A DNA stretch of 40,000 bases, from the sequence record MK514282.1; one strand, written 5' to 3'. The DNA is from Erwinia phage Derbicus. A model generated the notes under the pieces. That model saw nothing but the letters and a program-made list of their open reading frames with translations. It made no database searches and had not been told where the DNA came from. The position numbers and the translations under genes are program-made. Below are positions 9,783 to 18,737 of the stretch, in pieces (position 1 is the stretch's first letter; each line of letters starts with the position of its first letter).

Positions 9783-9810
9783 TTTAGTATGCAGAATAAT
9801 GATTGTTTGA

Positions 9811-9865
9811 CTGAGTCTAACTCAGCCCAGACTCCCTAACGGGGTCTGGGTTTCTTTTTTTCTTT
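9811..9865 (+). terminator. tandem hairpins ending in a Rho-independent terminator
   Basis: CTGAGT-CTA-ACTCAG (9811-9825) abutting CCCAGACTCC-CTAAC-GGGGTCTGGG (9826-9850), then TTTCTTTTTTTC. Confidence 0.85.
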
Positions 9866-9887
9866 TTTTACGCTTGGCTGGTTTAAT

Positions 9888-10412
9888 GTGTCGAATAAAC
9901 CTAACCGCGGTGTCATCATGAAATTAAAAACGATTTACAACTTCTTAAAGCTGGACACATTCTCAGGCACCGTGATTAAAACGGGCACCACTAACTTACA
10001 TCATCGTGACGATCCGCATCTGGAAATCGTTTCGCTTGACATCACGATTCAATCCGACTCCGACCCCGAAGCGCACTTTATCTACCACATGGGGATTCTG
10101 GAGTTCATGCACTCGATTAAAGAGCATAGCGTGGCGGTGGGTGACCACATCACCATACGCAAATACCCGCTGCAAACCATTTACGGTGTGAAGCGTTTCG
10201 AATCAAAAGCGAAGATGTCTGAGAATGAGAAACTTGCGGTAAACTGGCTGGTAGACCATGGCATTAAAGAACTGCAGCGAAAGTCAAAGCTACTCCGCAT
10301 GCGCTCTGGCGGTGATGATATCACCGCGATGCAACTGGAAACCCATGCGCTGCGTGCCATCCTAATTAAGTCCCGACTGATGGAGAGAAAAAATGAACCG
10401 ACCACGTGCTAG
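9888..10412 (+). CDS. hypothetical phage protein; start GTG 9888 or ATG 9918
   Basis: ORF of up to 174 aa. Confidence 0.75.
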   Translation: MSNKPNRGVIMKLKTIYNFLKLDTFSGTVIKTGTTNLHHRDDPHLEIVSLDITIQSDSDPEAHFIYHMGILEFMHSIKEHSVAVGDHITIRKYPLQTIYGVKRFESKAKMSENEKLAVNWLVDHGIKELQRKSKLLRMRSGGDDITAMQLETHALRAILIKSRLMERKNEPTTC

Positions 10413-11022
10413 TACCGAATATGGGGTCATTACCTCTATGCTGATCGACTGTATTGATGAACCGGTACTGGTACTCAATATTCAGCATGTTGACAACGTG
10501 GAGGAAAGCACGACCCATCGGGTTCGTTTTAATGACCTGCGTACGCTTAAACGTATTCCGGGTATCGGCGATAAAGTCTCTATGACTAAATTCACGGGTA
10601 CGTTTGAAGCGAGCCTTGAACCGGCGATTGTCAACCTGACCGATGAAAGTCCGGGTGGTTACGGGGCAACGGCCATGGTGTGGATTTGGCTGGGTGCGCT
10701 TGAGCTTTCCCTGCGCCGGAAACTGCGCGAGACGGTTGCGATGGGTGTTATCAATAAACAAACCGAACTGTGGACGCGGGAACTCGGTGCGTTACTTGAT
10801 TGGCAACTGGGTAAAGGACTCACGTCTTACTTCGGCCGTTTAGAGCCGGGTGATGTTGGTTGCGTTGACCAGCTCTATTACGCTGAAAAGACCACCATCC
10901 ATCATCGTGGTTGGAACAGGCAGGGTGAAACCAAAGAGCTGCAAGATAGAAAGATTGACGACACCGGCGTTTATTTCATCACACGTAATAATCTGTGCTG
11001 GCCGCTGTTAGTAAAATGTTAA
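10393..11022 (+). CDS. hypothetical phage protein (209 aa)
   Basis: ORF with a GGAGAGAAAAA RBS, ends at a terminator. Confidence 0.8.
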   Translation: MNRPRASTEYGVITSMLIDCIDEPVLVLNIQHVDNVEESTTHRVRFNDLRTLKRIPGIGDKVSMTKFTGTFEASLEPAIVNLTDESPGGYGATAMVWIWLGALELSLRRKLRETVAMGVINKQTELWTRELGALLDWQLGKGLTSYFGRLEPGDVGCVDQLYYAEKTTIHHRGWNRQGETKELQDRKIDDTGVYFITRNNLCWPLLVKC

Positions 11023-11042
11023 AAGGGCTTCGGCCCTTTTTT
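11021..11042 (+). terminator. Rho-independent terminator
   Basis: AAAAGGGC-TTCG-GCCCTTTTTT. Confidence 0.9.
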
Positions 11043-11091
11043 ACGATTGAGCCCCTTAGTTTAGAGGCTGTAAAAAGATTAGAGGGTCTAC

Positions 11092-13293
11092 ATGTCTATT
11101 GATTACGAATCACCATTCCGTTTAGACAAGGAAGAGTACGACCGCGATATCGACGTTGTCGATGCGTACTTCGAACAAATTAGTCACTACATCGACAACC
11201 AAACTGGGCATGAGTATGATATTGAAACCATTCGCTTTAACGTCAATGAGATGTTTAAAGATGGTGGTGAGTTAGAACACAAGTTTCCAAACGTTCGCAT
11301 GTTCGTTCGTAACCAGAAGACCGGTGACCGCGAAGAGAAGTTCGTTACAATTGATAAACTCTTCAAAACGGTTATTGCGAAAGAACTGATTAGCGCACCA
11401 TCTTTAACCTTCTACCTACCTGAAACCGTTAAACGCTCCAAGCTCTCTGAGTTCATGGAACAGAACGTGGCGAAGCGTGCGGTAATCAAAGGGGAAATGT
11501 TTGCCGCGAAGGCAGCGGGTAATGCGGTACTGCACATCAACAAAAAGAACGAGCAGAACGCCGTTAAAACCCTGAACAACGGTTCGTCCGGTGCATTCAG
11601 TTCACCGTACACCATTCTGTACAACCAGTCGTCACACTCGGTATTGACGTCAACCTGCCGTACTGCAACTTCGTTTGCAAACGCAGCCAACGAACGTCTG
11701 TTGGGTGGTCGTCGTCATTACGACACCCCGAACCGTGTTATCGACCACTTCCTGTCTATCGGTACCCTCACTGACTTCCGTGAGTTCGGTCAGATTGTGG
11801 AAGAGTTTAATCTGCACATTCCAACCGTTGATGAAACGATGGAAGTTATCCATTACTCGTCTAACGATTACTGGATTAACCCAGAAGCAGATAAGAAAAT
11901 CCGCCAGTACGTTGAGAACACTCCGGGTCTGGAACGTGCGGCATTGGTTTACATGGGTGACCTGTTCCATCTGGCCAAGTTTAACGACGGTATGATGCGT
12001 GACTTCTTCACAGCACTGATTAGCAAAGCAGTGTTTGAAGAAGAAGTGACCGATTGGGATGCAGCACTGAAGACCATTGACGGCGACATGAAAATTGTTC
12101 TGTCTCAGTTCCGTACGGACGTGGTACCAGTCGGCAAGTCCTTCGGGGACGTGCGCAAGAAAGATGAAAACACCGACAAGTGGCTGCCGTGGGATCAACA
12201 AGACGAATTCAAACAACTGATTCGTACTGGTTTGTTCCTGCAGAAAACTATCGGGAAGTATTCGAAGTTCATTAAGGTTCTGTTGACCAACAAGAACCTG
12301 CCTGTCAATATTGCGCGTATGCCGGACGTGGTACGTAAAGTGGGTGTGGTATCCGATACCGACTCCACGATGATGACAGCACAGTGGTGGGCTACATGGT
12401 ATACGGGAACCTACTTCGGTGAAGAGGCCACTCGTGTGTCCGACATGATTATCTATTTGGCAACGCAGCACATGCGTCACCTTATGGCCAGCATGTCCAA
12501 GAATATGGGCGTTCACACCGACCGTATCTTCTTGTATGCAGCGAAGAACGAATTCAAATTCGACTCCTTTGCATTGACCACCAAAGCCAAGCACTACTTC
12601 TCATTAATTACCGCTCAGGAAGGGCAGTTGCTGGAAGACCCAGAGCTGGAAGTGAAAGGCGTGTCTTTACGTACCTCGAACATTCCGCCGGTTGTAATGA
12701 ATGAGTTTAAGAAAACCATTAAGCAGTTCTGTAAGACGGTGGCCTCAGGCGAACAGATTGAAATCTTGCCTGTCTTGCACCGCGTTGCAGAAATCGAACA
12801 CGAGGTGGCCAGTACCGTTAAAGCCGGCCGGTCAGATTACCTCAAAACCACCAACATCAAAGACCGCAGTGCGTATGCGGACGATGATGAAAAGAACTAC
12901 CACTACCACCGCATGTACAACACCATCTTCGGGCCGAAGTATGGTTACATCGATGAGCCGCCGTACGAAGCTGTACGTTTACCGGTCAACCTCGAGAACA
13001 AAACCCAAATCGCTGATTGGTTAGCTTCAATTGAAGACCCTATCATCAAAGCGGGTGCGGAGAAGTGGTTTGAAGAAAACCCGAAACGTAAATACACCAC
13101 ACTGATGCTGCCAGACTATCTGGTGAGTAACTACGGGATTCCGGCTGACCTGGTCAAGGCAGCGAACTCACGTCGTACTGCCTTTGCTACCGTGGAGCCG
13201 TACTATCATGTACTGGAGTGCTTGGGTGTGTTTATGATTGACGAAGATCGTACCCGTCTGTTAAGTGACTACTACGGGGAGCTGATCGATTAA
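11092..13293 (+). CDS. DNA polymerase, family B-like (phiKZ-group), palm/fingers portion
   Basis: Motif C-like VVSDTDSTMM; motif B-like QNAVKTLNNGSSGAF; DYESPF near residue 4 may correspond to motif A. Gene order and size (733 aa) fit a jumbo-phage polymerase. Confidence 0.75.
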   Translation: MSIDYESPFRLDKEEYDRDIDVVDAYFEQISHYIDNQTGHEYDIETIRFNVNEMFKDGGELEHKFPNVRMFVRNQKTGDREEKFVTIDKLFKTVIAKELISAPSLTFYLPETVKRSKLSEFMEQNVAKRAVIKGEMFAAKAAGNAVLHINKKNEQNAVKTLNNGSSGAFSSPYTILYNQSSHSVLTSTCRTATSFANAANERLLGGRRHYDTPNRVIDHFLSIGTLTDFREFGQIVEEFNLHIPTVDETMEVIHYSSNDYWINPEADKKIRQYVENTPGLERAALVYMGDLFHLAKFNDGMMRDFFTALISKAVFEEEVTDWDAALKTIDGDMKIVLSQFRTDVVPVGKSFGDVRKKDENTDKWLPWDQQDEFKQLIRTGLFLQKTIGKYSKFIKVLLTNKNLPVNIARMPDVVRKVGVVSDTDSTMMTAQWWATWYTGTYFGEEATRVSDMIIYLATQHMRHLMASMSKNMGVHTDRIFLYAAKNEFKFDSFALTTKAKHYFSLITAQEGQLLEDPELEVKGVSLRTSNIPPVVMNEFKKTIKQFCKTVASGEQIEILPVLHRVAEIEHEVASTVKAGRSDYLKTTNIKDRSAYADDDEKNYHYHRMYNTIFGPKYGYIDEPPYEAVRLPVNLENKTQIADWLASIEDPIIKAGAEKWFEENPKRKYTTLMLPDYLVSNYGIPADLVKAANSRRTAFATVEPYYHVLECLGVFMIDEDRTRLLSDYYGELID

Positions 13294-13301
13294 GGAACAA
13301 T

Positions 13302-13661
13302 ATGGAAAAGTATTACTTCTGCAAAGATGTGGATGCAGCGGCGCCTGAATTGGCGTCTGTCGCTTATCCTACACCTGAAGCAGCAATCCTGAACTACCTG
13401 CTTTACGGACACCCGACAGTGAAGCACATGTGCAAGCTGACACGGCCAGTGTATAGCGACAAAGCTCCTTACCAACTGACGACCAGTCGTCCGAAGGAAC
13501 TCGTGTCGTTGTTCGTCTGTGAAACGGATATCCGTATTTCTGATGACGGAGGGAGAACGATTTACGGTGATGATAATACGGCAATCAAAACGATTACCGA
13601 TTGTCCGATTCGTGACTTGTGTGAAGCGTATCGCATCCCACTGATTATCGAAAGACATTAA
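13302..13661 (+). CDS. hypothetical phage protein (119 aa)
   Basis: ORF with AAGGAACAAT RBS; ends just before a terminator. Confidence 0.75.
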   Translation: MEKYYFCKDVDAAAPELASVAYPTPEAAILNYLLYGHPTVKHMCKLTRPVYSDKAPYQLTTSRPKELVSLFVCETDIRISDDGGRTIYGDDNTAIKTITDCPIRDLCEAYRIPLIIERH

Positions 13662-13668
13662 AAAGGTA

Positions 13669-13701
13669 CCCTATCCCGGTTTTCTGGGATAGGGATTTTT
13701 T
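13669..13701 (+). terminator. Rho-independent terminator
   Basis: CCCTATCCC...GGGATAGGG followed by ATTTTTT. Confidence 0.9.
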
Positions 13702-13942
13702 AGACAAACCCGCATGATTCCTCGAAAGTGGTTTTTTGGAGTGATCGTTTTATCTCTTATTATATGCAACTTCCCTTCACGGGGGAGGGGCCTACGGGGG
13801 AGGGGGTAATATGTATATATATGGGGATAATTAGGTAGTAGTAAATTAGATCTATTAATTTAATAAATATTTAGGTTATTAACTTAGTAGATCAGATCCC
13901 AAGTAACTAGATCGATCTAAAAACTTAAAAAAGAAAAGATAC
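13702..13942. other. AT-rich non-coding region with GATC cluster, palindromes and G-rich direct repeats (candidate replication origin or regulatory locus)
   Basis: No ORF; ACGGGGGAGGGG repeated at 13779 and 13794; palindromes TAGATCTA (13847-13854) and TAGATCGATCTA (13908-13919); GATC at 13743, 13849, 13890, 13895, 13910, 13914, plus 13978 and 13983 just outside. Confidence 0.4.
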
Positions 13943-13969
13943 CTACCTACCCCAGAAGGGTAGGTAGGG
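13943..13969 (-). terminator. Rho-independent terminator for the minus-strand gene
   Basis: Perfect 11-bp stem CCTACCTACCC-CAGAA-GGGTAGGTAGG with an A-rich stretch (T-rich on the minus strand) immediately to the left. Confidence 0.85.
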
Positions 13970-13972
13970 TAG

Positions 13973-15034
13973 CTATGATCCGATCACTTTATTTAACTTA
14001 CTAAAGACATTCTGATCCAAGGTAAGTCTTACCGAAGGAGGGAGACGTTCAGTGAACCGTAACTGGAAGAAGTTCCTCAGTTCTCGAACGAGTGTCGGGT
14101 AGTAGCGAGCCATTACCGGGTTGTCGTATTGCACCACATACGCCATAAAGTTCAGGTTCACCAGTTGGTAGAACCAGCGCTGTTGGTTAGTCTGGGAATA
14201 CGATTCGTCAGCGAGTAACCCCAATGCACTGCCTTTGCCATTGAAGTACATCAACAGGTGGTTCATGACGACTCCGGGTAGCGGGTTCCCTTCCTTTAAC
14301 CGTTGGGCGATAATCCGCACATTACGGTCAACGTGTGGGGAGAGCATCGGAATGGGGTAGTCGTTGAACGGGTCATCCTTTTCGATTTCCTGTTCATTGG
14401 CAAAGAAGCGGTGTCGGTTGAATACCGCCAAGTCCATGTAGGATGGCAGCATTCGATAAACAACATACCGATAAAGATATGTATAGAGGTTAATGCCTCC
14501 GTGCTCCTTGTTCCGCTGGTAGTATTTGTAGGCTTGGAAGTATTGCCAGACAAGTGCTACGATATTGATTTCGATATAGCTGATTCCGCGCCCACCGTTC
14601 TTCGTACCCATCTGCCAGTTCAGGTTGGTATAGTCGTGGTAGAGGTAACGAACCGGCTGTAGTTCTCGCCATGGGGTATTGGGGTCGATTGGTTGAATCG
14701 ATAAAGCAATCAACTCCGCTTGCCCTTGTATAAACTCCCCCACGTGAATTTCACCGGGGTGACCGGGAGAGACTAAACGCATGGCGTTGCCGATACTGAT
14801 GAACTTGCGTCGGCATGCCCAATAAATGTCGTCGTACTTCGCGTCGGGTGCGAACCCAATGGTGGCAAGTATCTTGGCCAGTAAGTGGTCGGAATCCACA
14901 CGGGTCTGCATCATCTCGACGCGGTTACGAATACGTCTCTGATTATTTTTTACAACAGATGCAATAGTTATGGACGTAGGGTCTACGTTGCGGGACTTTA
15001 TGATGCTCTGCTGGATATCCGCACTACTGAACAT
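13973..15034 (-). CDS. hypothetical phage protein (353 aa), minus-strand gene
   Basis: 353-aa ORF, GAGGAGATATCATC upstream of the start on the minus strand, terminator at the 3' end. Confidence 0.85.
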   Translation of the reverse strand: MFSSADIQQSIIKSRNVDPTSITIASVVKNNQRRIRNRVEMMQTRVDSDHLLAKILATIGFAPDAKYDDIYWACRRKFISIGNAMRLVSPGHPGEIHVGEFIQGQAELIALSIQPIDPNTPWRELQPVRYLYHDYTNLNWQMGTKNGGRGISYIEINIVALVWQYFQAYKYYQRNKEHGGINLYTYLYRYVVYRMLPSYMDLAVFNRHRFFANEQEIEKDDPFNDYPIPMLSPHVDRNVRIIAQRLKEGNPLPGVVMNHLLMYFNGKGSALGLLADESYSQTNQQRWFYQLVNLNFMAYVVQYDNPVMARYYPTLVRELRNFFQLRFTERLPPSVRLTLDQNVFSKLNKVIGS

Positions 15035-15186
15035 GATGATATCTCCTCAAGGGTGGTCATACTATCGCACGGCGACACTCTAAAATTTTACAGATAGATT
15101 TTATTCTATTGAACCAGAGCGCTTAAAACCGTTCTACATGTTTGGGTAATGTTATTGAAAGATTATTCAAACATATTTTATTCTCA

Positions 15187-15198
15187 TGAGTTAACTCA
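15187..15198. promoter_or_regulatory. 12-bp perfect palindrome TGAGTTAACTCA in the leader of the putative shell-protein gene
   Basis: Direct reading; lies 40 nt upstream of the ATG at 15239. Confidence 0.4.
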
Positions 15199-15238
15199 AA
15201 GTAAATCATTCAATCTCTATAAATAGGAAATAAATACC

Positions 15239-17026
15239 ATGGTAGAATTTCACGACGAAAAGAAAAACGCTAACACTTCCTCTGCAGACAATAACGCTGC
15301 AACGGGCAACGTGTCTGGCTTCTCTGTTGGCACCGCTAACGAGATGAACATGGCCTTTGAGTGGAGCTCTGTAAACTCGCAGGCTGGCAAGTTCGTAGAA
15401 GTGATTAAAGAAGCCGCCAAAGAAAACCAGTATCTGGCGAACTTCCAGGTCGGTACCGTTGATGCGGTAACTGGCGAATTCGGTTCTGCGGCATACGTCG
15501 CTGGTGAACTGCGTGGCATCCCGCTGTTCGGTATCGTGTTCTTCGAGAAGGGCCTGTCCCTGCGTCTGGTGGTAAACAATAATCAGGAAGATTACTACTC
15601 TATCGCTTCCCTGATTAACAAAGACGTTATCGCCACTGTTGCGAAAACGCTGAAAACTACCCACAGCCTGTCTCAGGACCCGCGCTTCATCAGCATCAAC
15701 ACCATCCCTGATCTGGACCTGGCTCTGACCCGTGAGCGTGCTCTGTCCATCATGGGCCAGATGATGACCAGCATCTTCGGTCGTGCTTCCGGTATTCTGG
15801 GCAAACTCGTCATCACCAAAAATGACAAGTTCATCGCTCAGGTTGGCGGCATCGGCGAAGGCGCGGTTCTGGATGTGAACGGTCACGCACAACGTGCTGA
15901 CTTCGGCATCAAACTGTCTCACGTTCCGCTGCAGCAGAACACTACCCCGACTCTGATGTCAGGTACCAATGCTCAGCAGTACCCGAACTGTGCGGCTGCT
16001 GGTTACGCTAACCTGCGCTACACCGGTCTGGTGAAGAACGCAGACGGCAGCATCAAAGACATGCGTCAGATTTCCCCGGAGCTGGTTATCAGCCTGATGG
16101 ACTCCTCTACGCTGACTGCGAACGCACCGTTTGAGCGTCAGATTCTGATGCTGGCAGTGGCTGCGAAAACTGCAGCAATGGGTGGCTGGATGGACTTCAT
16201 CAAGAACTCCCTGGACGGTAAGACGCGTAAAATCTCTGCACTGGCTCAGAACGTGAACTGGGGCAAAGACGTGTCTAACACCGACTGGAAAGCGATGGAC
16301 AAATCCGTCGAAGCAGCTGAGCGCTTCCTGCGTGAGTTCTGCTACGAAACCGCTGGTCTGGTAGTTGAGCACCGTGCAGGTAACGGCATCGGTGGTCTGA
16401 TTGGTCTGATTGCAGAAGTTGCACAGAACAAGCAGCACGCGCTGGAAACTCTGCTGGCTCTGCTGGACAACATGTTCCCGGTTGTTGAAGGTAACAAGTT
16501 CTCCGACGGCCTGCGTATTGCGTTCGGTGGCCCGACTGTAACTCTGTCTGCATCCCACATCGTCTCCGGTGTTGTACCGACCGTGGCAGGTGTGTACCGT
16601 GGTTCTAACGGCATGCGTTCATACTCCGATATGGACCTGCTGCGCACTACCACTGCGCTGGGCGACGACCGTGCTGAAGTGCTGAAATACTTCCGTGCTC
16701 AGTCGTACAAACATCGTAACATGCAGCCTAAGCAGCAGCGTATCTACCTGGCTCAGCTGGCTAACAGCCTGTTCTCTGGCAACGATCCGATTCCGACCGG
16801 TGAAGGTGTTCAGATTTCCATCAACACCACCTTCGCGAAGTTCCTGTACGAAGCGGTTGATGCGTGTGGCCTGCTGCAGCTGACCGGTGTGAACGCAATG
16901 TCTGTTGCGGATTCCGTACCGTTCTACAACAACACTGGCGACCTGTTCGTAATGTCTGGTGTTGGTGGCGTGTCTACCAACAACGCGTTCGACTTCGCTC
17001 AGCAGTCTGGCTATTTCAACATGTAA
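15239..17026 (+). CDS. putative phage nucleus shell protein (chimallin-like, phiKZ gp54 position)
   Basis: 595 aa, long AT-rich leader, own terminator, immediately upstream of the nvRNAP beta' N-terminal gene as in phiKZ gp54-gp55. Assignment rests on size and synteny, not on a recognised sequence motif. Confidence 0.7.
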   Translation: MVEFHDEKKNANTSSADNNAATGNVSGFSVGTANEMNMAFEWSSVNSQAGKFVEVIKEAAKENQYLANFQVGTVDAVTGEFGSAAYVAGELRGIPLFGIVFFEKGLSLRLVVNNNQEDYYSIASLINKDVIATVAKTLKTTHSLSQDPRFISINTIPDLDLALTRERALSIMGQMMTSIFGRASGILGKLVITKNDKFIAQVGGIGEGAVLDVNGHAQRADFGIKLSHVPLQQNTTPTLMSGTNAQQYPNCAAAGYANLRYTGLVKNADGSIKDMRQISPELVISLMDSSTLTANAPFERQILMLAVAAKTAAMGGWMDFIKNSLDGKTRKISALAQNVNWGKDVSNTDWKAMDKSVEAAERFLREFCYETAGLVVEHRAGNGIGGLIGLIAEVAQNKQHALETLLALLDNMFPVVEGNKFSDGLRIAFGGPTVTLSASHIVSGVVPTVAGVYRGSNGMRSYSDMDLLRTTTALGDDRAEVLKYFRAQSYKHRNMQPKQQRIYLAQLANSLFSGNDPIPTGEGVQISINTTFAKFLYEAVDACGLLQLTGVNAMSVADSVPFYNNTGDLFVMSGVGGVSTNNAFDFAQQSGYFNM

Positions 17027-17047
17027 TAACCGACTGTGATTAAAGAC

Positions 17048-17086
17048 GGGAGAGGATAAAACCTCTCCCCCTTTTCATCTGCTATT
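17048..17086 (+). terminator. Rho-independent terminator
   Basis: GGGAGAGG-ATAAAA-CCTCTCCC followed by a pyrimidine/T-rich tract. Confidence 0.85.
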
Positions 17087-17104
17087 TTTTTCGTTGGAGT
17101 AAGA

Positions 17105-18727
17105 ATGAGTGAGCAAACTGCTGAATACTACGGTATTTCAGGCGAGATAGAAAACCTCGACAATTACTACTTCCAGTTAATGCTGGAGTCGCGTGCAAAG
17201 GGAATTAAACCGCCCGTAGTTATCAACGACATTGCACGTGAGTTCGACAGTAGCGTCGTCACGGAACACATTGACGCGTTATTGCAGAACCGTATTGTCA
17301 ATGAGAAGTTGAACAACACGCCGATTTGCAGCATTCATTGTGAGCACCCAACCGCGCACCGTTATAACCTTGGGAATAAATGCCCAAGCTGCGGTTTCGT
17401 GGTCACGGAAAACCGACTCGAGTCGGAAGTGTGGCTGCAAGCGCCGACCGAAATGCAAGCGTTCATTAATCCGCGTTTCTGGTTATTGTTTAATGCGAAC
17501 TTTGGCGGCCTGACGCAGCTGAAGAAGTTCGAACGTGCCAACTATACGTTGGAGCGTGGTGCAGACTTGATGATGTGGTTAATTGACCCGCATTATAAGC
17601 TGCCCGACCAAGTCCCATCCCGGATGCAGTCTGCTATCGCGGTACTGGAAGAGAACTGCTATGTCCGTGGGATGGAAAACTTCTACGAACACCATGGTCG
17701 TGTATTTGAAATTCTGGTTAAGAAAGAGAACTGGGATAAAATCATGAACGTGGGTAGAAATACCAACGGTGAACCGGAACGTGATCGTGAGCGCTGGATT
17801 AAGTTCTTTGCTGAACAGGCAGGGGCGATATTCTCCAGACACTTACCGATTATCACGTCCAAGTTTATCGTGGCGGAAGAGACACAGCGTGGGCTGAGCG
17901 TTGACCCGGTATTTGTGGGTGCGATTGATGCGGTGAAAACCATTGCGTCTATCTATACCCGTCAGACACCGCTCGATGTTCGTTTCCTGTTGGGACGTGC
18001 GATTAAAGCCAACCGCCAGCTGGCGTATTTCTACAATGACCTGCGCAAAGAAACACTGTCGCAGAAAACGGGGGTCTACCGTTCGAAAGTCAGTTCGACC
18101 TTTATTCCGTTTGGTGGACGTGCAACAATTTCACCTATCTCCGAGCCGCACAGCACTTGGGACTTGCATGCACCTTGGCGCTGGATGGTAAACTTGATGT
18201 CCATTGACATCGAGAATAAACTGATGAGTCGTGGGTATACTGCTCGTGAGTGCGAAACGCGAATCGCATTTGCATGTATGCAATACGACCGTGAGATTGA
18301 TGAGATTCTGGACGAACTCATTGCGGAATCGCCGGGTGGCAAAGGTATCATGGTTGTGATGCTGCGTAACCCGACGCTGGTACAGCTGTCCGTCGAAACC
18401 TTCTGGATTACCAAAGTCATCAAAGATGTGAATCAGTGTTCGATTCGTATCTCTGTACGCGCCATCAAGATGATGAACGCCGACTTCGATGGTGACCAGT
18501 TGATGGTGTGGCGTCCAGTGGATAAACGCGAAATGGATTTGGCAATGGGTTACCGTCCGGACAATGGTTTCATGTCTGCGACAAACGTAGATGAAGTTGC
18601 CCACGGGATGGTCTTGCACAATGAGGTCATCAGCATGCAGAACAACTTCCTTGCTGATGAGGAAGAAGACACTGCAATGGGCACACCGCTCGACGCCGTA
18701 TTATTAGAAGCTCTGGCTAACCACTGA
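17105..18727 (+). CDS. multisubunit RNA polymerase beta' subunit, N-terminal fragment (non-virion RNAP, phiKZ gp55-like)
   Basis: Catalytic motif MMNADFDGDQLMVW; N-terminal CSIHC...CPSCG zinc-ribbon-like residues. Confidence 0.92.
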   Translation: MSEQTAEYYGISGEIENLDNYYFQLMLESRAKGIKPPVVINDIAREFDSSVVTEHIDALLQNRIVNEKLNNTPICSIHCEHPTAHRYNLGNKCPSCGFVVTENRLESEVWLQAPTEMQAFINPRFWLLFNANFGGLTQLKKFERANYTLERGADLMMWLIDPHYKLPDQVPSRMQSAIAVLEENCYVRGMENFYEHHGRVFEILVKKENWDKIMNVGRNTNGEPERDRERWIKFFAEQAGAIFSRHLPIITSKFIVAEETQRGLSVDPVFVGAIDAVKTIASIYTRQTPLDVRFLLGRAIKANRQLAYFYNDLRKETLSQKTGVYRSKVSSTFIPFGGRATISPISEPHSTWDLHAPWRWMVNLMSIDIENKLMSRGYTARECETRIAFACMQYDREIDEILDELIAESPGGKGIMVVMLRNPTLVQLSVETFWITKVIKDVNQCSIRISVRAIKMMNADFDGDQLMVWRPVDKREMDLAMGYRPDNGFMSATNVDEVAHGMVLHNEVISMQNNFLADEEEDTAMGTPLDAVLLEALANH

Positions 18728-18737
18728 GGAGTATTAC

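Noticed and set aside
9811-9850. Tandem hairpins as a riboswitch or attenuator
   Set aside because: They follow a stop codon and end in a U-rich tract, so a terminator with an extra small stem is simpler.
13702-13942. Possible tRNA or structured ncRNA gene in the intergenic island
   Set aside because: No cloverleaf arms or TTCGANNC-type T-loop in a proper context; the hairpins at both ends are explained as convergent terminators. A small RNA cannot be excluded without expression data.
15206-15922. 238-aa minus-strand ORF antisense to the shell-protein candidate, and other long antisense ORFs (11650-12594, 36365-37432, 34755-35456)
   Set aside because: They are shadows of strongly coding plus-strand genes, lack RBS and have compositions expected of reverse-complement reading.
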